NCBI GenBank assembly: GCA_035221665.1
Contig: CM069165.1
Span: 18,662,001-18,726,000 of the forward strand
DNA length: 64,000 nucleotides
Direction: 5' to 3'
Origin: Okamejei kenojei
Taxonomy: Eukaryota
The first letter of the stretch is position 1. The number at the start of each line of letters is the position of its first letter. The notes under the pieces were generated by a model. That model did not search any database, was not told where the DNA came from, and saw only the letters and a list, made by a program, of their open reading frames with translations. A program made the translations under genes and the position numbers. This document shows, one piece after another, positions 11,069 through 22,100 of this stretch.

Positions 11069-12852
11069 ATTTGTGGAGAGAATTTGACCTCGGTATCATT
11101 ATCTTCCAAACCAAGATACCATTGCTTGGTATATCAAAGGAATAATGCCGCTAATATTTCACTGGTGACGTCTTTTTTTAAGCAACGTATAGCAGATCTG
11201 GCAGTTTAATAGTTTTGTCTCATAGCCAGAACCAATAAACCACAAACAAAATTGAGGATGAGAATTTAGTTCTTAAAATAATTTAGGAAGATGGGTCTCA
11301 GTAAACTGACCATGAGGAAAGTCATTAAAATCTAAAAGGTTTATAAATGCCCAAGGAATGGAAACCTAATCTCCCAGCCAGCGCAGGATTTCAGGCCTTC
11401 GACTACTTTCAAACTGCCTTTGAAAAGGCTCAGAGTTAACTCTGCTGTTTCAAACAAGTTATATGAAAATATCAAAAAGTTAACATAGCCCTGAAAATCA
11501 GGCAGTGGGTTGATACCGTCTTTTGCACCCTTGCTTGTAAGGAGCTGAACTTACAGTGGAAAGTTCCACTTTGGAAATCAAAATAACAGCAAATGCCATT
11601 TCTGTGGATAGGGAAACAGGTATTGTAGATTAATTATCCTGTTACCCGTATACTAGCAGGGAATTAATCAGACTCACAATATGTAGGTTTATAGGTTAAT
11701 CTTACGGTTTTCCATTAAATCAGTTACCACAATACCAGTCTGAATTTCATCAGTGACCAAAACACCAAAATGAGCGTGTCTGATAACTGTGTTTTGCCTG
11801 GACAAAAGGCAGGAGACAAAACCATCTACCAATGAACAGTTAGGAGTGTATAGTCATAGCATGCTTCGTAGGATTTTTATTTTTAACTAATTACCATAAT
11901 ATAATATCAATCCAATCACCAGACAATGGAATAAAACCACAGGCACTGGAAGTTTTAGACCATGTAGGATGGATAACAGCCTGCCTATGTGGAGATTACA
12001 GACAACTAGAGCCATGCTTGAAAATCTAGAAGGCAGTTGGACATGTTCATCAGAAAAAGAGGAAAAAGAAGAGTGTGAAATTGTTCAGAGTGACTAGACT
12101 ACAGAATGATCAAAAAAGAGAATTAAGGCTTTCAGAAGGCTTAGAGGAGACATTCAGAAGACTTAGAGAAAGCTTAAGTACTTATTCCAGAATAATTTCT
12201 ACATCAGGAAACCACACTTCCCAATGTCAAACTGACGTGCAGTACTTGCTGCTTATTCTTCAAAAGCTGCAAGCACGTGGGCGTAATTGCTGTGGAATGG
12301 GTGATATTTACATGGTTGAAGAAAAGAACGTCATTATTAACATCTTATGTTAAAGTGTGGAGTGCTATCACACAGTGGACAAATGGTCTTATATCTGGAG
12401 GTCTGGGTTATTGCAATCGAGGCAAGGGTTTAAATCTCACCACAGCCGGTGGAACGTTTGAAATGCTAGTATCAGTAAAGCTGACCGTGAAGCTTCACTA
12501 AATTGCAAATACCCAGATTCAGGAATATCCTTAGAGAAATTCAGCGACCTTGTCCACTCTGTTCTATATTTAAACACCACTGTTTTGGACACGGGTATTA
12601 TCAGAAGCAAGCTCCTCAGTTCTGTAGAGTGGAGGGCAGCTGGGGATGGCAAATGAATGATAGGTAGCAATGTAAATGTTACAATTTTAAAAAAAAGGTT
12701 AAAATGCATGTATAAAAGCAGAGTGAAGGATCAAAAGGATTAAGAATGAGCAAGGTCTTTTTATATTTTGAAAGTACTTTGAAGAGGCAATTGTAACCCA
12801 ATTCACAAATGGCCACACAGAACACTGAAGCTTTTTCATTTCACTCAAATAC

Positions 12853-12858
12853 TTTATT
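12853..12858 (-). terminator. Candidate distal poly(A) signal for SEC24C
   Basis: AATAAA on the minus strand. Other candidates lie at about 14483, 14840 and 15651. The true 3' end cannot be determined from sequence. Confidence 0.35.
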
Positions 12859-13411
12859 ATAAAAGTTAGTTTGACGAATCATAGGACCTCCCACCCCTTG
12901 ATGCAGTTAAAAAAACAGCTGTAGTTGTGGAAGGATCTGCGAGCAGCTCTGGGATTATCATTGCTTGCTATCATTGTCTGTTCCCCTGAAGGCTCGCTGA
13001 ATCTTAGCAGTTTATCTACAGGATACTGGGACATCAGAATCCCTTGTGGTTAACCACTTGTAGCCAAGAGACATTGGCAATAGTTCACAAAACATGGGAC
13101 AACCTTTCATTAACAGTGTAAAACAAATGGAAAATAACCAAGGAGGTAATGGACTTATGTTCAGAAGACTTTGTACATTCTGGAGGATCAAGGTAAACTT
13201 GCACCATACTGTTCAATCCAACCTAGACTTGGAACTAGTTATATGGATGTGGCTCCAATCAATAATCAGATATCCCACCTGCTAAGACCAAACTTAAATG
13301 TAGAGGGCTTTTCATCTTCACTTGGAACAGAATGTCCACATATTTGAAGTTTCAATGAGATGAGTTACCTTCACTTTTTATAATTATCACATTTGAGATA
13401 ATCAAAGGATT

Positions 13412-13715
13412 TAACATAGAAAATAGGTGCAGGAGGAGGCTATTTGACCCTTCGAGCCAGCACCACCATTCATTGTGATCATGGCTGATCATCCCCAATC
13501 TATAACCCGTGCCTGCCTTCTTCCCATATCCCTTGATTCCACTAGCCCCTAGAGCTCTACCCAACTCTCTCTTAAATCCATCCAGTGATTTGGCCTCCAC
13601 TGCCCTCTGTGGCAGGGAATTACACAAATTCACAACTCTGGGTGAAAAAGTTTTTTTCTCACCTCAGTCTTAAATGGCCTCCCCTTTATTCTAAGACTGC
13701 GGCCCCTGGTTCTGA
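13412..13715 (-). mobile_element. CR1 LINE 3' fragment (HER1-like)
   Basis: ORF 13352-13633 gives NL-x-NSLPQRAVEAKSLDGFKREL, the typical CR1 ORF2 C-terminus, followed by the CR1 3' tail. Confidence 0.9.
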
Positions 13716-14096
13716 ATTTACTGTTCTATCTATTGTGTATATCCCAATTGAAAACATAATTGGGAGCAGAGCTTTTTCAGCTGAAACAACTTGTAGACTC
13801 TCTAATATCATGGTTAGAACAGAATGCTTGCACAGGGTAGCTATAGTTAGATTAAAAAAATACCAGTCAGTTGCTTGAATAAGATCTTTGCCTCTTATCC
13901 AGTTATGAGTCGCTCCCACTATTCTTGGCAAGGCCTTGCCTTTCCAGGTTTTGTAAACTTCTGCGGTGAAGTCTTTGGGGACAGCCATGTCCATTGTCCA
14001 CTTTATGCTTCATCCAGCATTGGAGGACTGAAACAAATATCTTCCTTCCTGGATGTTCATGTACTATTTGTACGGGCATCTCCCAAAATTATTTAA

Positions 14097-14198
14097 GATG
14101 GAACTGCAGATGCTGGAAAATCGAAGGTAGACAAAAGTGCTGGAGAAACTCAGCGGGTGCAGCAGCATCAAAGTGTACCCTTCAGCACTTTTGTCTAC
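14097..14198 (-). mobile_element. Short Penelope-derived insertion with 17-bp target-site duplication
   Basis: ctcccaaaattatttaa at both 14080-14096 and 14199-14215; internal inverted repeat aggtagacaaaagtgctg / cagcacttttgtctacct. Confidence 0.85.
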
Positions 14199-15998
14199 CT
14201 CCCAAAATTATTTAATGGACAATTACGAGAACTTAATGAAAGTCCCAAATGCAAATAAATAATTGTAATCAGTGTAGCAGTTAAAACTACCCTGCACTGT
14301 AAAGCGAGAACAGGGGTTAAGTGCAAGTGCAAAACTTGGTTTCCTATATTTTAGACACTATCTTCACTTCACTTATTTCCCCAACAAACAATAAATTGGA
14401 ATTGTGAAAGTGAGGAAGGATTGTAAAGAATACAGCCCTACTGCACATTCATGCAACTTTAGAATCAATCTGGGCAGAAATATTTATTATATTTACAGCA
14501 GCGAAGGATGAATAAAGTTTTGCTTCTTTGCTTAAGTCTCAGTAAAGAAGTGCCGAACTCAAATTTACAAACCCCTTCACCAGTGGTTCAAAGTGGTGAA
14601 TCACAAAGGATTAAATAGATTAAGAAATTGATTTCGCCAAGTGTGTACTTTAGCTCAGCAGTGATGATCAGAGTCCCAACTTTGAAGTTATAGATTAAAG
14701 CAGCTGAAGACCTGCATTCCTTTCAAGAATGCAGTCGACAGCAGCTAAGAACAGATGAATCCATTCAGTACAAATGTGGTGTGCTGACACTAAAACAAAC
14801 CCACGGGCAGATCTGATGAGGCATTTGAAAAGAAATGTATTTATTGCATCAAAATTTAATGTCCCGTTTACAACAGCACATTTTTTATATATATATATTT
14901 TTACAGCAGGCTGCAAAAGTCAGCATGGTAAACTGACCTAATAAATAGGAATGGGAAAATACAAAGGAAAAACGCCTTGAAAAGGAATTGTGCCTTTAAT
15001 CCTGGATCACTACTGCTCATCTGATTTGTAATGGACATGAAAACAGTAACATACTCCTCTCCTCAAAGATTGGCATCAAATCCCATCAAAGTCTTGCAAT
15101 CACAAGGCTTACATTCAAAACACAAAGTTGTGGTTGAAGGATTGAATTAAGTCATTCCTTTTTGCATTTGATATGTTTGGTTGGATAATGGTTGGTACTC
15201 CAATTATGAAACACGTTGGAGCCATCATTGACTTTGAACAGGGCAGCAGTTTGAGAATGCTGATTCCCTTCTCTGATTCCCTTCCCTTCTCTGACTCCCT
15301 TCTCTGATTAGTATCTAAAATCTGAAACAGAAATACAGAAAATTTGCAAACATTTTAAAAATTCTCCCCCACCCCACCCTCCCCCCCACCAAAGCCATTT
15401 CTGTACGTCAAGTTGTTTTTAAAGAATCTGCAAGGGAGAAAAGATTATGGAAATTAATCAAAGGTAAAGCATTCACAAGTGAATAGATAACTTATTTTCA
15501 TTCACAAATCTATTCACATTTAAAGACCTAATTAACAGAACCAAGAAAAGAAAGCTGTGTACAACATGAAATGATTACTATTGATGCATATAAAAATAAT
15601 TTCCAGAAGTCAAACCATGTTAGCAAAGCCACAAACTGAATTTTGTTCAATTTATTGACTTGAAATCTTGTGTATTTGGAGTTTTCCTTCCATACATCCA
15701 CACAGTGCATTCCTGCCCACATCTCCTCACACACAAGGGACACAGTAATACCAGTGTTGAAAAGATAGCTCTCATAGAAGATTCTAAATCATATACATTA
15801 TACTGTACTATTAATTCCTTACATTACATTCAGTATTAACAGGTTAGCCACACACCCATGTTGCTTCCATGACAGCTGTTGACAGACAAGACCCTTACTG
15901 ACATCAAGCACTGGGCCTGCTGGGCTACCGCTGGGAAACATTTCCCTCAGAGTATACAGCTCCGTCCAACCCTCTCAATCCCACCCTGCTGCCCCAGA

Positions 15999-16139
15999 TT
16001 AGCTGAGCAGTTGTCGTATCTCCTTGTGCATATGGCATAGAAAGTCCACGTAAGAGGCTCCACCATTTGAACTCTTGTCCTCCATAAGAAAATGCTTGAA
16101 GAGCACCTCCATCTTGTCTTCTTGCTTCACTATCAAGAG
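15999..16139 (-). CDS. SEC24C: SEC24C coding exon 22 ([23 protein letters not shown], stop)
   Basis: Acceptor ttgcag| and stop TAA at 15999. Confidence 0.95.
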   Translation of the reverse strand, partial: LLIVKQEDKMEVLFKHFLMEDKSSNGGASYVDFLCHMHKEIRQLLS

Positions 16140-19100
16140 CTGCAAGCACAAGAGCATATTGTCCTTAACACAGTGCAACACATATAATTAAAACAAATGT
16201 ATTAATTTAGAAGGATGGTCACTCTGTTGGAGACCCACCACAACATTTGCACAAAGCTGGATCCCACAAATAGTGAAGTAAATAAGTTTTCTTTGTGCTG
16301 GATCATGAAATGTTGGTCAGGGCATGGAAAATCCCCTAATCCTCATCACAGAGTACAGGAGCCACTAACATCCAGTGGGAAGGTGGCATCAAAGGCTAAC
16401 ACCTCACCAGCAATGCAGTTTCCTCTCCAAAACTCCAGTGCCAGACTTGTATCTGACAGGCCTAAAGGACCCTGCACAACAAGCAAGCGTAGGAACTAAT
16501 CCCTTTCCCTGCATAATAATCTAATCTAAAAGCAACATGCTGGAGGAGTTCAGCCGGTCAGGCAGCGTCTGTGGTAGGAAATGGACAGATAATGATTTAG
16601 GTTGGGACCCTTTTCAAAGATTGAAGAGGGGAGATCATTGGTATAGAATATTGAGTGGAAGGGGTGGGGCAAGTGATAGGCAGATCCAGGTATGGAATGT
16701 GTAGGAGAGAACTGCTGGTTTAAAATAGAAGGTAGACACAAAATGCTGGAGTAACTCAGCGGGACAGGCAGCAACTCTGGAGAGAAGGAATGGGCGATGT
16801 TTCGGGATGAGACCCTTCCTCCGAGGAAACTTCGCCCATTCCTTCTCTCCAGAGATGCTGCCTGTCCCGCTGAGTTACTCCGGCATTTTGTGTCTACCTC
16901 CAGGTAAGGAATGGTTGGTTGACTGGCAGACGAGTTAGGCGGGAGAGAAAAGTTGCAGCGATAGTCACAAAAGCTGGAGGCACTCTGTGTGTATCCACTC
17001 TGTATGTAGCGGAAGCTTGATCCTCCATCATAACCCCATGTCAAAGTTACAAGTGCCTGATCATACAAGAGTTCTGCCAGCTTGAAGTTCAGAAAATGAT
17101 GGGGCAGATGGAGAGGCTGGAGATGCAGCTGCCACCACCATTTTCCCAATTGTGACAAATCCAGATTTTCAGTGATTAACATGGGAAGTTTCAAAAATAA
17201 AACATCATCCAAATATTAATATGGCCAGCTATGTATTGCTGAACTAGAGTGCTTTACCTTCATAAACCTAGGTCTCTGAGCACGAATTACATCAACCATG
17301 GAACGCAATTTTTTGGAGTATGGGTTATCCAACTGTGGCAGAGTGGCCTGAAAATGAAATACAAGTCAAACCAGATGGCTAGCATTGCACAAAGGATAGG
17401 GAGCATAGTATCAAAACTAAGCACTGAATGCACAATTAAGACACTTATGAACCGTAACAGTATCAATGTCACTGTAAAACTGTAATAAGTTTTACTGTTT
17501 ACGTATTTACTTTACTGGAAGCATTTTTTTATTGAGACACTAGTTTCTCATGAATGAAGATCAATAGAACAAGATCCATTGGAATTAAAATTGTAATTTT
17601 GCAATTCTGTTGAGAAATTGGGACACTGTGAAGCAGTTTCAATCACTGTTATATTCAGGGATCAATCCTGATGTAACAGCAACACAATTTATGGGGAGTT
17701 GGTGCAAAGTGCAGCTTATTCATGAATAACCTTGAATGGTTGACGTGGCTGCACAGTATTCTAACACAGAATGCATTCTCACAATGTGCAGCAAGCTAAA
17801 TTAAAGCATGCTGCTCTGGAAAACTTAGGTACGCATGTATAAATTATACACCAGAATGGGCCCATGCTTCAACAGTAAAAAGCACATTTGATTAAAGCCC
17901 AGAGCAACAGCAAACATATAAGATTTAAGACAATACTTCTAACATCCAAGAAGCAACTGGTCAGAATGGTGAACAAATTATTGTTCATGTTCAAGTCACG
18001 GTATGCACAGAGACAAACCTGTCGTTCATGGTTACTTTTGATTTACAGCAGAATTTTTTTTTGTGTTAATCAAGGCTCAGAGCTAAATATGACAAAAGGA
18101 AGATTTGTGTTAATCTGAAACCCACCATTCCAGAGTCAATCTGGCCAAACGATTGCACATTAAAGATGCTCTGGATGAGGTCATGCTGTGTGCCCATTCC
18201 CACCCATATGAAGAGGTTCAAACCATTCTCCAGCAAATAGATGCCACCCTTTGATAGTCGTTCCTCTGAGCAACGAACGGCCACTGGAAAATCATCACTA
18301 TCAATATCCATTTTGTGCTAATGGGAGAGAAAATAACTCAGTCACAATTGAACAATTTTAAGACAAAACAAATTTTAAGACTACCCCGTTCCTATGTATT
18401 TTCCTCCTTTTGAATATATTTTTCAAAAGGAGAACCATACATACGTAGACCCACAATATAGGTGACATTTCTAAACAGTGTTTCCGAAAGACACTACAAA
18501 ATGCTTTGGAGCCAAGTACTTTTGCTGCACTCACTGTTATGATGCAAGGAATATCACAACCATTTTGCACACAACAAAGTCCCACATTAAGCAATGCAGC
18601 AAACATCGAAATGATTTGATTTTAAAAAAATGCATCTGTTCAGAAACTATTAGCCAGAGAATTGAAGATAATCCTCTTCAAAAGAGAGTCAAGGTGACCT
18701 CTTGCTTCAGCATGGTGGACAAGATTTGTTAAAATTGTGCAAATAGCTCAGGACAGAAAGTTTAGGGGCGGCACAGCTGTACCTTACAGCGCCAGAGACC
18801 TGGGTTCAATCCTGATAACGGGTGCTGTCTGTATGAAGTTCTCGTTGTGACCATTGTGGGTTTTCTCTCACACTCCAAAGACATACAGGTTAACAAGTTA
18901 ATTAGTTTTGGTAAAAATTGTAAATTGTCCCTAGCGTAGGACAGTGCAAGTGTATGGCAGATGATCACTGGTCAGCACGAATTTAGTAGGCCGAAGGGCC
19001 TGTTTCCAAAGACTAAAGACTGATATCACATGTATTACTTTAGGTATGCAGCTTAAAACTGGTTTGCACTAACTGAATTTTAATTTGAATACAAAGCTCT

Positions 19101-22100
19101 GAACATATTTAAATTAAAGGAAATGTAAAATGCTGAAACTAGATGGGAGGGCAATGTGACATGAAGAGTTGAGAGGTGAACATGTTGATATAGTGTATTT
19201 AAATTTCCCAAAGACATTTGACCAGCTGCCATACCAGGACGGAGCATAAAATGTAGGGCCATGGTATTTGCTGAAGTGTGTTAGCATGGATTGAGAACTA
19301 GCTCTCACATAGAACACAAAATTTGTGTTTCAAGTTGAAGGGAAGTAACTAGTGGAGTTCTTGGCCCTCTAGTTATATTCATGATCTGTAGAAGGGAACA
19401 AATGTAGCATTCCTAAATATGGCAAAGATATGGATGACAATAGATGGAAGGGCACGTTGTAATGAGTGCATGGTGATGTTGCAATGGCACAAAAGATAGA
19501 TTGGATGAATGGTCAAAAATACTGGCAAATGGAATTTAGTCAGGTAGTGCAAGTTCATTCACTTTGGTAAGAGAAATTAGAAGATAGATTATGTAATGGA
19601 GAGAGATTGCAAATGGGTTAGGTTTACAGGGATCTACGTGTTACAGTGCATGTTCAAAAGATTAGCGGGCAGGTCCAACAAGTACTTCATGTGGCAAACG
19701 GCAAGTTAGCCTTTATTACAAACGGGTTGAAGCTTAATAATAGGGAGGTTTTGTTACAGTTCCACAGCATGATGAAGGGGGCCACACCTGGAGTTATGTG
19801 GGTCGTATGACTTTAAAAATACAGTAGCATTGGAAGCAGCCCAAAGGAACGTCACAAATTAATTCCTGGATTTGTTCTTTTCAGAGAGGTTGGACTAGTT
19901 AGATTTGTATACCTTGTAGTTTAAAAGAATGAAGGGTGATCTTTTTTTAAACATGGAATATCTTTATGAGGCTTGACAAAGTAGACGCTGAGATGTTTTC
20001 ACTCATGGAAGTATCAGGAACAATGGGATATAGCTACGAAATAAGAGGCCAATCATTTAAAACTGATGCAGACATTCTTTGTAACAAACCCATGGAATTC
20101 TCTACCCTTGAAGATGAAGACCAAATCATAAGAGTTATGTGAAAATAAATATTTGAGTTTGAAGAATTGTGGGTCATTGGGAAATGGCATGGGGGAGGAG
20201 CAGAGGAGGCCAGCATAGATCAACCATGATCATAGGGGCAACGTAACAGAAAATTGAACTAAACCTTGCAGGCAAGGGAATCGGCATTTCTCTGCAGCAC
20301 AAAACCATGGATTGTACATTAACTGCATGAATTGTTACTTACCACAGGTAAAACCCTAGGGTAGAAGAACACGTTGGTTTCAGATACATCCATACTTGCA
20401 ATGAGGTGACGGATGTAAGCCCGATCGTCAGTAGAAACGTCAGCTCCGGGCTGTAGAATATCACTCTTCAATACACAGTTCAGGTACACAGGCAGTAGCT
20501 TCATGCACTCTGGTAGAATCAGCTAGGAAAAAGGTACAGCAAGAAAGATATAGTGAATAGGCCAGGGGTGGACTCGTTGGTTGTAATTGGGCTAATGAGC
20601 AGGTCAAGCAAAGATTCTACCTGGCCTGTCTGTGACTGCAGTTCCATAGCAATGCGGTTGACTGCTAACCGTCCTCTGAAATGGTCTAATGAGCCACTCT
20701 ATCAAGGGGCAATTTGAGATGGGCAGATCACTTATTAGCAATACTAATTTCCAAAACAAGAATTTTATAGAAAATTACAAACACTTTGGAGAACTGGCAC
20801 TTGTTGCTTTACAGCTGAAAAAGTAAAGTGAATCTGAATGAGGTTTCATGTTTAGAATGTGGATACAAAGAAGTGCAGGTGCTGATTTAAAAAAAAAAGA
20901 CAAAGTGCTGGAGTAACTCAGGGGGTTAGGCAGCATCTCTGGAAAAAATGGATAGTTTCATTTCAGGTTTGGACCCTTCTTTAGAAGAAGTGTCTGAAGA
21001 AGGGTCCCAACCAGAAACGTCACCTAATTCATGTTCTCCAGAGATGCTGCCTGACCTGCTGAGTTACTCCAGTACTCTGTGTCGTTTCAGGTTTAAAATT
21101 ACCATTTCTGACTGGGTAAGTTGTTAAACATCAGAAAGCTGGTGAGAGTACAAAACAAATCACTGCACAATATGGCTACTAAGATTAAAAAGACCCGCGA
21201 GGGAATCCTGACAGGATCAATGATTTGCTTGAATGCAAAGACCATCTCTATATTTTTCAACTGTTTTTTGATTGGGTTTCCAATTTTTCCTCACATCAAG
21301 AAATCCCTCTTTGCGTTGCAGCTGATGCCACACATCTGGTGTTGTCTTTTCCTTCCAGTGCCACCCTGAAATTTGCAGGGGCTTACTTAAGAAGTTCCAG
21401 GTAAGGTGTAGAGTACATGCTCCCACCCAACCAAGAATAAACATTTAGCATGCAATCTGTATTAATATTTAAACAGCTTCAACAAATTATGTTCTTCACA
21501 GAGGGAAATTAGAGCATGGGAATCATCTGGTGTAAATATTGAATTACAAACATTTAGGTTAGTTTAGAGATACAGCATGGAAACAGGCCGCTCGGCCCAC
21601 TGAGTCCACATTGACCACCGAACTCCCATTCAACTAATTCTCCGTTATGCCACTTTCTCATCCATTCCCTACACATAATGGGCTTTTTTTTACTGGGGTC
21701 AATTGGCTTACAAAGCCACACATCTTTGGGAGGAAACCAGATCATCCAGCAGAAACCCAGAGGAAGAATGTACAAACTTCACACAAGCAGCACCAGAGAT
21801 CAGGATCGAACCCAGGTCTTTGGTGGTGAGAGGCAGCAGCTCGACCGGCTGCATCACCCTAGAATAATCAGGTACTTGTAAAATACAAGGAACAAACAAG
21901 ATTAAACCAAGTGGCAAATGTGGAGAAAAGCACAAATGCAACATTGTTAATGATAAATTCCAAGATTTCATTAGAAATAATCCAAAATGCCAGTACAAAG
22001 ACTATCACACTCATGCTATGTTCCTCTCTACGTATAGGATGTAATAATCACATAATAATCTTGTTTGGTAGTCATGTAACAAAAATCCTGGATCCCAATG

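Noticed and set aside
15262-15308. Short tandem repeat of about 13 bp (tcccttctctga-like, three copies)
   Set aside because: Ordinary slippage repeat with no sign of function.
16550-17212. 220-aa ORF in the last SEC24C intron
   Set aside because: Non-ATG start and largely a read-through of the palindromic repeat.
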